The notes under the pieces: model-generated | Database searches by the model: none | Seen by the model: only the letters and a program-made list of their open reading frames with translations | What the model was told of the DNA's origin: nothing | Translations under genes and position numbers: made by a program | DNA from: Lama guanicoe | Lineage: Eukaryota | NCBI GenBank assembly: GCA_013239625.1 | Contig: MU054391.1 | Location: 7,659,095-7,723,094 of the forward strand | Direction: 5' to 3' | DNA length: 64,000 nucleotides | Shown here: piece by piece, positions 24,661 through 37,639 of the stretch | Numbering within the stretch: position 1 is the stretch's first letter | How the letters are laid out: each line of letters starts with the position of its first letter

Positions 24661-25662
24661 CGACAACAGCCTGCCATTCTTTAAACTTTAATATTTTGTT
24701 CATCAACAATTTTTGAATTTTTGTCGATTTTTTAAAAAAAAATTGCATTCAAATATTATCTTGACTTTGGAGGGTTTTTTGGGGGGTATTTTTAGTTTTG
24801 GGGTTTTCTTGGCTGTGTACTCACTCAAATGTTTCACCCAGGATGAGTGATTTCTCTGTCTCCACCTATCCCACTCCTGCCTGGAAACTCCCCTAATGAC
24901 CTCAGCACAGTTCCCCCCTCCTCTGAGCTCCTTTTCCTCAAGGGGCACCAATCCAATGGGGGAGATAAATTTGTTAACAGTTTTCTGTTTTTTCAGCCAG
25001 GTAGACTAAATGGTCGTGAAAGAAACAGGCATAACTGAAGTGTGGAGTCAGCTGAAGGAGCCCAACCAAGCACAGTGATGGGTTTCAGGGACAACTGGAA
25101 GCTGAAGGAGGCATTGGAATTGGGTCCTGAAAGATAAATAGATCCCCGATAAATCAGGAAGGAGAAAAGAGCACCAGCAGGAACAAAAGCTTAGAGATCA
25201 GGCTGCTCGGGGAAGTTCTATGTGGGCAGTAATCTGGAAAGGCTCCCTTACATGGATGGAGAGAGTTGTGCAGGACGGGGATGCTCAGCTTGATTGACAG
25301 GCTCCAGAGCTGGCCTGACTGTGATGGAGAGGATTCCAGTTTCCAGCACAGACTCAATGGGTTAGAACTGGTTCTGCGAGAGGAGAGCCTCCTCAGGACA
25401 GGAGCGGGCTCCTCACTGCCCACAAGGCTGGTGCCCCCTCTGCTCGGCCATGCTGGCTCCTTTCTTCCGAGCCCAGGGGCCCCCTCTGTCCCAGGCAGGA
25501 GCTGCACCTAGACCTCAGGCATCAGAGTGGGGAGGAAGAGAAGGTTCTGCTTCTCAGGGTGTTGCCAGCAGGAATGCGGCTGCTCAGAATGGAACTTTTG
25601 AGGCCTTGAGAGGAAACCTGCGATACACTGAGTACTGAGTTACGACAAGAGGAGACCTTCCG

Positions 25663-26809
25663 CAGTCTCCCAACCCAATAGAAATAAAAGCAAAAATAAA
25701 CAAGTGGGACCTAATCAAATTTATAAGCCTTTGCACAGCAAAGGAAATCGTAAACTAAATGAAGAGACAGCCTACAGACTGGGAGAAGATATTTGCAAAT
25801 GATGCAACTGACAAGGGCTTCATTTCCAGAATATAGAAACAGTTCACACAACCCAATAACAAAGAAACAAACAACCCAATCCAAAAATGGGCGGGAGACC
25901 TAAACAGACCTTTCTCCAGTGAAGATATACAGATGGCCAGTAAGCACATGAAAAGATGCTCAATATCACCAATTGTCAGAGAAATGAAAATCAAAACTAC
26001 AGTTAAGTATCACTTCACATCAGTCAGAATGGCCATCATTAAAAAGTCCACAAATGGTAAATGCTGGAGAGGGTGTGGAGAAAAAGATGCCAACACACTG
26101 TTGATGGGAATGTAATTTGGGGCAGCCACTGTGGAAACAGTATGGAGATTCCTTAAGAACCAAAATTAGACTTACCATATGATGGAGAAATCCTACTCCT
26201 GGGCATATATCCAGAGAAAAGTCTAATTTGAAAAGATACATGCACTCCAGTGTTCATAGCAGCCCTACTTACGATAGCCAAGACTTGCAAGCAACCTAAA
26301 TATCCATCAACAGATGACTGGATAAAGAAGATGTGGTATATTTATATAATAGAATATTACTAAGCTATAAAAAATAAAATAATGCCATTTGCAGCAACAT
26401 GGATGGACATAGAGATTATCACAGAAAGTGCAGTAAGTCAGATGGAGGAAGACAAATATCATATGATATCACTTATATGTGGAATCTAAAAAATGATGCA
26501 AATGAACTTACTTACAAAACAGAAACAGATTTGCAGACATAGAAAACAAATTTATGGTTACCAAACGGAAGGGGCAGGGAGGACTACATTAGGAGTTTGG
26601 GATTAGCAGATACAAACTATTATATATAATAGATAAACAATGAGGTCCTACTGTACAGCACGTGGAACTATAGTCAATAGGTTGTAAAAGTCATAACGAA
26701 AAAGAATCTGAAAAAGCATATATATGAACATATAACTAAATCAGTATGCTGTACACCAGAAACCAGCACAACATTATAAATCAACTCTACTTCAATTTAA
26801 AAAAAAGGA
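25663..26809 (+). mobile_element. 5'-truncated cetartiodactyl L1 (about 1.15 kb, ORF2 C-terminal part and 3'UTR)
   Basis: ORF 25933-26115 'KHMKRCS...[36 protein letters not shown]' is L1 ORF2; 3'UTR and A-tail homologous to the L1 at 16930. Confidence 0.93.
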
Positions 26810-27399
26810 AAGAAACTACCACATATCCAGTTTTAGTGTAGCATCAAAGAGAAATGATTTTTATCTTCTACTCTTGTGCTGAGTTGCCCACAAGTCAAGG
26901 GGAGACCCATGCCCCCAGCCCAGGGACCGCCCCTCAGCACTTCAAAGCCTCTGTGCTCTCACTTGCTGGGTGTCATCCTCTAATCAGGAGGCGAGTTTCC
27001 TCCCCTTCCCAGCCTTTCATGAACAAGAGGACATGGCAATGCTGCGAAGTCAATGGGGGAGTCTCTCCACGGTACTCACCGATGGATATGCTTGTAGAAC
27101 ATTCCCCTCCCGGGAGTTTGGCAGACAGTCTGCTTCGTTCCACTCCTGGCTTCCTTTCCTTGTCACACTGCAGGTGGCCTTCAGAAAACACATTCCACAT
27201 CTTTCTCATCTCTTGTGTAAGCCGGGCGGCCTCATCTCTGGCCCTCGCTGATGGTTCTGCCCTTGGCTGGGACCCCCTGGTCCCACGTGGGGACAGCACC
27301 CACAGAAGCACAAAGGATGGAGAGGAGGCGGCCTTTCCTAAGCACTCTCTGGGCTGGGGTCTGGCTGGTTCTTTGTCTTGTGTGTTTGTTTAAATCACA

Positions 27400-27540
27400 T
27401 CAATATTGAATACTATAGAGAGTTTTAGTCCTTTTTGACATATCGGGAGGCAGAGGCTTACACAGGAAGTAATTTGCCTGAAGTCATCCACTTGGAACTA
27501 GGTTCTCTGACTCCTAAACCAACACATTTTTCTTTTGTAA
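27400..27540 (-). mobile_element. MIR SINE
   Basis: 'gaggcagaggcttacacaggaagtaatttgcctgaagtcat...aactaggttctctgactcctaa'. Confidence 0.6.
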
Positions 27541-27925
27541 GGCACTAATTTATTCCTGAGGTTCTTAGGCCGTTTTTAGAGAGAAACTGAGACAGATAAG
27601 AAAAAGGGAAACAGTGTCTGAAGAAAGAATAAACCATTCTAAGAGTATCATGTCGTCCGTCTCTCATTTCATTGAAATCACACTGAAGCGCATCTCTCCT
27701 AGGACTGGCTGTGCTGCGGTCTCCGCCCCAAACTTTCCATCTGAAAGACTCATCCTTCAAGGTGTACTTGACAATGAACCGTCTGAGATGTCTTCCCTGA
27801 CACTGCTCCAAACTGGGACAGTGTTAATGGCTTCCTTCTCTTGGCTCCCTAAGTAGATTGTGTACATTTTGCACTACAGGTCCTAACATTAATTCAACTA
27901 TGTGCCCTCATCTAAAAATGATGAT

Positions 27926-28060
27926 GAGAGAGAGGGAGAGGAAGAAGAAGAAGAAAAAGAAAAAGGAGGAGGAGAAGGAGAGGGAGGGAAATGGGAGGGG
28001 AAAAGGAGGAGGAAATGGAGAGGGAAAAGGAGGAGGAAAGAGAGAAGAAAAAGGAGGGGG
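27926..28060 (+). repeat. Polypurine (GA-rich) low-complexity tract
   Basis: About 135 bp of almost only A and G; source of the K/E/G-rich spurious ORFs. Confidence 0.9.
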
Positions 28061-28485
28061 GTGTTAATTTTATGTGTCAACTTGACTGGGACATGGGGCT
28101 TCCAGATATTGGGTTCAGCATTTTTCTTTATGTGTCCGTGAGGCTGTTTCCACATGAGATTAGCTTTGGCGTCAGTGGATCGAGTAAAGCAGAGGGCCTC
28201 TTTTAATGTGGATGGGCTTCATCCAATCCACCGAAGGCCTGAAGGGAACAAGAGGTTGGGGTAAGAAAGACTCCTCTCTCTGCCCGACTGTCTTAGATCT
28301 GGGATGTAGGACTTCTTCTGCCTTCAGACTCAGGCTGGGATAGAACGAACTCCATCAGTTTTCCTGGGTCTCTGGCTTGCTGATTGCAGATCTTGAGATC
28401 TGTCAACCTTCACAAGGAATTAGCCCATGTGATTTTAGATGGAGCTTACTGGTTCATTTTCTCTGGAGAACTCTGACTGAATACA
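28061..28485 (+). mobile_element. ERVL solo LTR (MLT2B/D-like)
   Basis: 'gttaattttatgtgtcaacttgactgg...gagtaaagcaga...catccaatcc...tctctggagaactctgactgaataca'. Confidence 0.88.
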
Positions 28486-28649
28486 GAGGCTGGGGGAACC
28501 TGCCCACCATTATCCTTAGTGAGTTGATGTCCCAGGACAAGCATGAGATGGGAAGTGAATACGTGCAGACGTCTCCATGGCTTAGAGCTTGGGTGGGTGG
28601 GGCTGTAGAGTTGGAGCCCTCGCTAAGCTGCGAGTCCCTCTATGCCCAT

Positions 28650-28655
<6 letters not shown>

Positions 28656-28685
<30 letters not shown>
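28656..28685. repeat. (CA)15
   Basis: Directly visible. Confidence 0.95.
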
Positions 28686-28687
<2 letters not shown>

Positions 28688-28819
28688 CCCTGGAACCCAT
28701 GCAACTACTGAATTAGGGGCCCAATCAAAGAAAGGATGACCAGGGTCATTTTGAGTATATGTGTTTTTTGCTTTATCTGCATAATTTTAGAATATTGTCT
28801 TCCTATATAATGTGGTCCC

Positions 28820-28821
<2 letters not shown>

Positions 28822-28860
<39 letters not shown>
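28822..28860. repeat. (TG)19
   Basis: Directly visible. Confidence 0.95.
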
Positions 28861-28863
<3 letters not shown>

Positions 28864-30579
28864 TACACATGTTGGTATAGCAGAGTGTAGTAGGTACGCA
28901 TGTGACTCATTGGAGTTTTTTTTTTATTGACATCAAAAGCAATATTAGTTCCCTGATTTCCTGAGAGAGCTTCCTTACAACCAGATTTTATGAGTGACAC
29001 TTTTCCAAAATAGTTCAATTTTTCTTTTTGTCCCTCAAGAGGATATATGACCTGAGACCAGCCCTTCCATCCATCCCAACAGCTCTCTTGGAAGCAAAGC
29101 GTCTAAGTGGGGAGAATACTGCTGCTCTTGTCATCAGTCTAATCTCTTAGAATATGGTTACTTCATTTTCCCAATTGTCTGGCCATTTTTAAAAAACTAT
29201 TAATAATAAATCTGTTGAGAGAGAAAAGGACTTTCCAAGAAACAGATAGTATTTGCTTCTCTGTTGCTGAGAAAGATCTTCTTATATTCCATTGAAAGTA
29301 GAGTTAATCTGGGGTCAAAATCTGAGATATAGAATGTCCTCGTACTTACACAGGGCAAAGTTGGTCAAAGAACAACTCAGACATGCATTAATTCTTCAAT
29401 GACAGGGGATCTCTTCTAGAACTAAAGATGGTAAAAGTTGGGTAAACGAAAAATACCTTCTGCCCTATGGGGCAGACTTGATGAGGGCAGGTGCTGGTAC
29501 ACAGATGAATATTCAAAAAAAATTTCAGTGTCTAGGAATGCAGTTCATTAGACTTTCAAAGCCCTTTCACATTCTTAATCTCCTTTAATTCTCAATGATA
29601 TTCCAGCAGAATTGAGGAAAAGATGGGCAGAAGTTGTTTTCTGTATTAACTTCACAAATATTTGCTGAGTAATAATGTGCACTCAACTCTTTACCTAGAA
29701 CCAAGGATACAGAAGTGAAATATCCTATTGTGATCATTGTCCTCTTGGAGCCAATATTCTAGTGAGGAAGGAATTCTGAACAAGGAATTATGATTTCTTT
29801 TATGGAAGGAAGAGTTGGTATAGGAAAATATCAGAAGGAGCGCTAGTCGTGATGGTTATGGACAGAAAAACTGAGAAAATCACATTTAAATCCAACCTCA
29901 AAGCATATGTAGAGTCTCGTAGAATTTCAGGACTCTGCTCCCAACCCCAAGGGGCTGACGTGGTTTGAACAAACAGAGTGATAGTCAACTAGGAAAATAG
30001 TGTTTATGGTTAACCAGGCAAGCATTTGATACTTCAAAAACAGAGCCTTGGTAAAGCCTGGATTAGCAACTGTGGTTTAGGCTAGAGGTTCAGTTTGGGC
30101 TTTGGTCTCTGAATCTAAAATTTTAGATCTATGTACGCAGGTGCGCCTGAAGTCTGGAAAGAAAGAAGGGGAAAGAGAGAGAGCCCTGATTTAAATTTGA
30201 GGTAGTACGGAAGACAAGAACACACCTGCCTTTGGGGATGCCAGGATCCCAAGCAAGAGCTGCTTTGACCAAAGAGACCCCGTCTACTAGCAAGACATGG
30301 GCTGACAAGTTCAAGTCCTTACCCATCAGGTTAACAAACTGTCTCCCTTTGGGGAAATGGAAGCTGGTAGCTTTATTTTAAATCACATCCCACAAGGAGA
30401 AGAAGTGGAAATTATTTTCCAGAGTTTATGTTATTAAGGAAGAGAAGTAGAAAAGTCTTCACCCTTTAACTCTGTGCCCCTGACTTCCCTCCCCAACATG
30501 AATCAGTGGGAGAGCATCTCTGGGTATCCTGCCAATGTCTGCATGGCTCAGATATAATGGACTTTGTGAGCTGGGTCAA

Positions 30580-31130
30580 GGAGTTCGGATACAAATCACT
30601 GGTAATTACTGAAGAGCATAGTTAAACACATAGATTTGTATTTTTAAGTCATGGCTCTTGTTATGATTTTAAAAAAAACCTGTCAGAGGAGCAAGAGGAC
30701 AAATTAAGATTTTGTTACAAAAATTTAGGGAAGGGCTGGTGGTGGCTTGGTCTGGGGGAGTGGCAGTGGGACGGAGAAGAGCGGTAGTCTGGGAGGTCCT
30801 CAAGAGGAGAGTGGCTGGGAGTGGGAAGAGTCGGAGAGAGGGGTTCTGTGATACCATGCATTTCTAGACTGAGCACCTGGGTGGACTGTGCTGGAACAGA
30901 GGCTGAGCTGCTGTTCTGGATAGCAGGAAATCATGAGATCAGTAGGCGATACACTAGGTTTTAATTAGCAGGAAATCATGAGATCAGTAGGCGATACACT
31001 AGGTTTTAATTAACTCTGAGTCACCCACGTGAAGTTGCCTGAACATTGTTGGACATATGGGTATGGACTCCAGAAGAGAAGACTGGGCTGGGCCCCACAA
31101 TCTGAGAGATGCCCACATGCACATAATAAA
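30580..31130 (-). mobile_element. L2 LINE fragment
   Basis: 'tttctagactgagcacctgggtggactgtgctg' and 'ttggacatatgggtatggactccagaagagaagactgggctgg'. Confidence 0.6.
30921..31010. repeat. Perfect 45-bp tandem duplication
   Basis: TAGCAGGAAATCATGAGATCAGTAGGCGATACACTAGGTTTTAAT at 30921-30965 and 30966-31010. Confidence 0.97.
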
Positions 31131-33391
31131 TGTATCCGGGGCTGAACGGTTTTCTGGGAAGCATGGCTTTCCGTGCTAAAACCAGGAATATTTCAGGGGA
31201 ACCAAGATGAGTCGGTCACTGTGTCATCAGCAGCTGTGCTGGAAAATGGGATAGAAAAGAGGCCAGGAGAAAGAGCTTCTCCTGGGAGCCCCAAAACCGA
31301 GTCAGCAAGCCAAAAACGGGGGCTTTTCTTACCGTCAAGAGAGTGGTAGCCCCAGGGGAGCACGAGTTTGGAGATTGATGGCAGTGCACCATCCACATGC
31401 TCGTTTAGATGCCTGATTATTGTAATTAGTCTTTATTTGTTCACATGAGCCTGTTATCACATCACTCAAAGCAGTTTTAGGATCTCCATTGCCTAGAGCA
31501 CAAGGTTCGAATTTCTCCTTTACACTCATGTTTCCCGACGACTATAACCTTAGCCCTTTCTTCTTCATCTCCCCTGTATAACCCCAATGCTCCAGACACA
31601 CAGGATCACTTTCCACCCATGGAGGGTCCATCCCTGCCCCTGAGGACCCAGCTCCACGGTGTGGCTCCTTCCTAAAGCCTCCCCCTCCCCGCCACATGCT
31701 CATCACCTGCCCAGCAGACACTTGTGCGGCTCCCAGCGTCAGGTGCTGTCCACATTCTGTAGATAAAGACGCAACTGCAGGGACATTCATTGTCCTTGAG
31801 AGGAAACTTCTGGGTTGGGCCGCCCTCTCAGAGCCCTCACTTTCTATTTACCATCCGCCCTGTGTCTTAGTTGCTTTCTTGATCCTCTGAAGGAGGGAGG
31901 GTATTTTGGAAAGAACACTGCACCCAGGAGTCCGTGAGCCTGCCCCCCGCTCCAGTCACCTCCCTCTAGTCACCCCCACTTTTGAACCTCCATTCGCTTG
32001 TTGATAATAACCTCACAAAGTTGTAGTAAAGATCTAATAAAATAAGTGATGTAAAAATGCCTTTCTTCACCGTGGGAAAAAAAAATCTTTTTTTTTCTGA
32101 CTTACTGCTCAAGGTCAGAGAGCATGAGTCAGCCAGCTTTATATCCACACAACAGACTTGCAGTAGCTGCTTCTGGTGTAGATTTGGTCACTCGTTAATG
32201 GTAAGTGAAATCTGGGGGAGGGAGGGAGGGGGCCCACGGCAGTGAGGTGCGAGTCAAGCAGGCTAAAGGACAAACTTCACTGCTTTCTTGATTTCTCTGC
32301 AGAAAACCTGGGGATTTTCCTTGGATTTCTAGAACAAAGTGAAAGAGAAGGAAGGAGAGAAGTTCTGACATGTCTGACACCTCGCGCCTACAGGGGATTC
32401 GTTCTTCTATAGAAACAGAGGGGTCATGCTTTTTCTTCTTAAGCTGGACCTTAGAATTGTAGAAATGTGTGTCTCCATAGCTCTAGGGGCACTTAAGGGA
32501 CTCTTAACTCCCTTTGGATGTGCAGGTGAGAAAATCGAGACCCCAAGAAGGCAGTGAATAGTCTAAGCTGGAAAGAATTAAAGGAACAGAAAGACTAGAA
32601 GGTTGGGCTCCCGGCTCCTAACCCAGGGCTCCTTCCCGCCCTGCCTCCCCATCCCACCCGCTGCCCTGGCTGCACCGACGTCCCCAGGCAGAGGCCACTC
32701 TGAGCTGCTTCGCACCCGGCAGTGTCAATGATTCATCCATTGGCAGCTCTCTTATTTTTGGGTCTGGAGCCACTTTAAATGTGATCAACAAGGTTATTTT
32801 TAAAAAAAATATAATGCAGTGTCCAAATAAAAATGCCTCCTGTCCTGTCAAGACCAGTCGGAATGCAGTTTTGACTCGGGGGGAGAAAAGTTACTTCGTG
32901 TCACAGATAACGTGTTCAGTCAGTGGAGACGGGTAATTTTAACCATCATTGTCTAAAGCTGAGCAGGATGCCAATAATTATTGATGCAATGTTCTTCCCT
33001 GGTAGTGTTTTTGTATTCCTGATATGCCCTCCCAAGTCATCAGACACTTTTGATCTGTTAAAATAATAGAAAAAAAAATAGGAAAAAGAGAAGAGGACCA
33101 TTTAAGAAGGGGAAGAGATGGTCTCAAGTTGGGTAGCAGGGGAAAGAGACGTAAAATGCACAAAAGCCTTGCTCTTTGTTTGCTGGCCTGGTCGCTGGTG
33201 GAGGTTTGAGGTCTCTGCTGTTATGCAGGAAAGGGTGGGAGCTCCCTCCACCCTTCCCCTTCCTGCCCCTCTGCTGGTTGAACAAGCAAGAGAAGGTCAG
33301 GACGACTCATACCGAAAGCCAAGGGACTCGGAGCCCTGAAAATCAAGGTCACCCGGCAGGGCTGCTGCCTCTCTAAGCCTAGGGAAAACCA

Positions 33392-33395
<4 letters not shown>

Positions 33396-33429
<34 letters not shown>
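33396..33429. repeat. (CA)17
   Basis: Directly visible. Confidence 0.95.
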
Positions 33430-33434
<5 letters not shown>

Positions 33435-35239
33435 AACAATAAAATAAATACGAAGGTGATGCAGAGACAGGTCACTGGGCAGAAGTACACATCTCAGTCA
33501 GTCAAAATCTACTTTACATCGAGGATTTGTACAGTATACGAATTACAGCTCAATAAAGCTGTTACCCAAAAAATTCAACATCCTCCTCCCCACGTGCACA
33601 TAGACAAATGCTACCCTAGGCAGGGTCCCAGCCTCTCTGAGTCTCAGAGGTACTTTGCATTTGTGCAGTTCCTTATGGTTTACACCGAGCTTTCATAAAT
33701 TTTACTCAGGAATTTCTCACCTGGAACAGGAAAGTAGGGGTAAGGAAACAGAGACCTTGTTCCTACAAAAGGAATTGATCTTCCTAAGGCCACACGGCAG
33801 ATGAAAGCTGGGAGCAGAGCCTGGGGCTTTAATCTCAGTGTGTTTACCCCTCTCTGCTACTACGGTCCACGTGGAGGTGTGGGCATGGGTTTCACCAACA
33901 TCTGGACTTTTTCACAGCTGCCGTGAACTCTAGTGGTAAAGAGGGAGTGCCAAGAAAGAGAAAGATATTATTTCTTAGAGGGAAATTCTAAATAGATGGT
34001 TTCTATTAAAGTCTAGAAATAGTCAACACAATTGAAAAAAATTCTGGACTCTCTATTAGGTATCAGTTCTATGCAGTCCTCAGTTACTCCATGGGTAAAA
34101 TTAGGGGGGTTTTGAGGCCCGTGCACATTTGCTGAATCCAAGTTTCTGAGAGAATCAAAATCCAGAGTGGTAAATTAGAACATGAGCATGAGTCATTTAG
34201 GGTCTCTTCCTTGAGGGAAGTGGTAATTGAACCTTGACGAATGGGTGGGCTCAGAATTTAGGGAGACACCACTCATGAGAGAACTTGTATCTGCAAACTC
34301 ATGACCTCAAAAATTCAAGAAATGTGTTAGCAGACTTAAGTGGATGTCAAATATTCTGGGAGGGGACAAACGGAACAGGAAGTGGAAACCAGAAAATTTG
34401 GAATTGCAAAGAGGATCTAAGAATTAGCAAAGGGTGGAGAGCTCTAAAATCAAAGACGCGGAGCCGGAGGTGGGGGGAGTAAGCGGCCAGCTCGGTCGCA
34501 CAGCCACAAAAGCACCGGCAGTTGGCTTTCCTCATTCCTGGCCCTCCTCTCTTTCTACCGCTCTGCACTTTGTATCTGAATGTGAGAAGAAAGCCCAGAA
34601 ATCTTTGCTGATTCAATTTTTCTGTCTGTGCACCTAAATGCCACCCTTGCCTCCCCCGACAGCTGCTACTTCCCACGTGAAACATCTGGTTTGAGGTTCA
34701 CCAGTGATAGCTCCAAAACCGCAAGGCTAAGCCGGTGGAACCCAGAGTTGTCAAAAGAATCACCCAAAAATCCAGGGAAAAGGAAACAGATGCCTGGGGT
34801 TTAAAATATTTTAATTGTACTCTCTAGATCGTGGTTTCGTTCAATGATTCAACAAAAATACATAGCATGGTGGCCATTGTTGTTTTTCAGTAAAGAATCA
34901 TCCTCCAAATTCTCAGAAGCCTCAGTAGGAACCTTCTCTTAACACCTGAAGGCTGCGCTGCAAAGCCAGCTGCTGTTCCTTCTGTTGTGAGTGATGTGTT
35001 TTTTCCGTTCCTGCGCATGAAGTATTTCACGAAAGAGAAGAGGCTTTAACGTTCAAATCTCTGCTGTCAGTCCTCTGATCTGAGAAACTCAGGCATAGAA
35101 GTCCTTGCAGGGCATCTCCACCTGGGTGTCCCAGTGGCACTGTGTCCTCATCATGGGGTGACCCGAACTGATCTCCCCCGTACAAACTCTCCCCATGAAG
35201 GTCCCACCTAAAGGAGAGGAGCCCCCACCCGCTCAGCCA

Positions 35240-35485
35240 TGCTATTCAGACAGGGTTAAGGAACAGACTTTGTACCTAAAGATCTTGGGTTGGAATTCTG
35301 GTTCTAGAATTTAGTCACCTGGAAAGTTACGTCAACTGCCTAAATAGCTATTTTCTCAACTTTAAAATGAAACCAGTCATACCTGCTCATTACTTTGTTT
35401 TGAAGGATAAGTAAGAAAATACACTGAAAGCACTTAGCGCAGTGCCAGGTACACACCGAACACTCAGTAAATGCTAGTTACGATC
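35240..35485 (+). mobile_element. MIR SINE, near full length
   Basis: 'gggttaaggaacagacttt...gggttggaattctgg...tgaaagcacttagcgcagtgccaggtacaca...cactcagtaaatgctag'. Confidence 0.8.
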
Positions 35486-35899
35486 ACGAGAGTTCTGATC
35501 CGTGTCTTCCTGAACCCCATCAAGGAACACAGCACAGGACATACAGGAAGTACATAATCACTGTTTGATCTCCAAAAGATTTAAATCCCACTGACAGCCC
35601 ATGAACTTGGTGCTGTACGTCATAGTTTATTTAACTCTCCCAAAACACCGATGACAGATACTATTTCTATTATCTCCATGAGGAAACCGAGGCTGTGCTG
35701 GAATATACTTGAAATATATTTCTCTGAATAATACTTTTGGTGGCTTTGAACTGTGAATATAAATATATCTGTGTACTGTAGAAACACTGACCAAGGTGAT
35801 CTTACTAAGTCAGAAAAAAGATGGTGTTCATCCCATATTTGGAACCTGTGGAAGGTTCAGGAAAGTTGTCATGATATTTCTTAGGAGTATGAACCAGAG

Positions 35900-36150
35900 G
35901 GGGTGTGCTGTGTGCGCTCAGTGTGCCAGACCCCATTCTGCTGCTGTCTCACGCCTCCCCTGTAAGCACTCACCACCACTCGGGAGGGCGGGCGATTGCG
36001 CCCATTGTACAGAGAAGGGAACTGAGGTTCAGGGCATCAGCCCAATGTTTCCACCTCACATTGCTTGTGAGTTTTAGAGTCAGATTTCAAACCCGGGTCT
36101 GGGTGACTCCAGTGCCCTTATTCTTTTCCACCACACCACGCTACCTCCCA
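35900..36150 (-). mobile_element. MIR SINE
   Basis: 'cccattgtacagagaagggaactgaggttcag...gatttcaaacccgggtctgggtgactccagtgccc'. Confidence 0.75.
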
Positions 36151-37639
36151 CGGGTTTCCTGAAATAGATTTAGAGACCTGTGACTCATCGTCCTCCTAGT
36201 CACAAAGTCATCTCCGAAATCTCAGGCTTGAAAAAAGACCTAAAGGACAACAGGTCAGGCGATCCTTCCCGAGGCTGGGATCTCCTCTATCTGTCTTCCA
36301 AATATTCTGTACCCTCCTCAGACACGCCCAGGGACAGAGAGCCGACCACTTCTAAGGATGCTTAACAAGACAAAGAGGCCCAGAGGCCTCTGGTCAACCC
36401 TTCGTTTTATGCATAATGACTTTGCGGCCCAAAGCAAGGCCCTGTTACCCAGGACCGCACACGGAGTAGCAAATGCCCGCCGGGTTGAGGGTAGTTTCCT
36501 GAAGCAGCTTTACCAGATCCCAAGACCAAACGGAACAGATTTCAGAGGTAGCACTTCCAAAGCACAGAATATTCAGCCCAAGGCTTCATTAAAAGAAGGT
36601 TTGTCCAACTCACCCTGGACCAGACATGCACTTTCTCTATTGGCCTCCTGCAGTGGAATATTAACTCCCCTGACATCATTTCCTTTCCCTGCTCAACTTC
36701 CTGTGAGAAACGGCAGCAATAAAGTCAGGCGACATGGGTTAAGGATGTTACAGTTGACAAAACCTTATCTGGGTCTTTACATTAACCCCGTGAAGAAGGC
36801 AGTGCAGGAATTAGGGTCTCCATTTGCCAGACAAGGGACAGGATGAAGCATCTGTCAGTACTGGAGGCAAATGGCTACAAGAGGAAACCTTGAATACGTG
36901 AAGCCACTGAGGGGCGCGGTCTTTATCATTCTCATTAGTCCCGTGGTGCGGGCTGGCAGCAGGAAGGCGGAGAGAGTTCCTCTCCACGCCTGCAGAGGTC
37001 CTGGCTCCTTGCCTCTGCAGGTCTGCGACACCCGAGGCCGTGGAGCCCTCTGCCAACCCTGTCTAGCAGATGAAGGAGAAACCGTACGTGCAGGATCCCA
37101 TGAGAGGTTTGCATGGTCCAAGCCTGGGAGCAGAAAATGTAGCTTCTGCTCAGGGGTCCCGCAGCCTGAATTTGGGCACATAGTCATACCTGGCGTACGG
37201 CGGCTGGGATAGGCAACCTAACCGTGTGCTCAGGAGGAAGAACAAATTGGTTTTGGTGGTTTAGATGAACGCCTGATAGTTCCTGTCATAATCATCTTGA
37301 GTTCCCTGCATAACAGGTAGAGACCTGAGCTAGGATTTCAACACAGTTACTCTAAAGACTAGTCCAAGGTCTTTTCCAGGATTCCATCCAGAAGTAGTAT
37401 GAGTCTCAAGTATCACCTTCAAGGTCGTGAACTAGGCTCCCCGGATTTTTTTCTCTCCTTCTAACCTTGCTCATTGCTATCTTTGGTGACTTGCAAGGGG
37501 ACTTCTGGGGACACGTCTTACCCCAGAGAGGAGTTGACTCCATCTCAATGCAGTCCAGGTCCAGCACTTTTCTTGTTATTCAGTGTCCTCATTTGGATTC
37601 CTCTAGCATCTTTTTTGGGGAATCTGTCCAAGATAATCA

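Noticed and set aside
16944..26241. L1 ORF2-like peptides (16944-17138, 25933-26115) and their antisense ORFs
   Set aside because: These are fragments of truncated, frameshifted retrotransposons, not functional CDS.
26810..26860. Canonical L1 3' transduction as the explanation for the shared flank
   Set aside because: There is no second poly(A) tail or TSD after the flank, and the putative donor L1 is shorter and lacks a promoter.
26854..27393. Longest ORF (179 aa)
   Set aside because: It starts in an L1 flank, has no recognisable domain, and overlapping ORFs in other frames are similarly open, as expected in GC-richer non-coding DNA.
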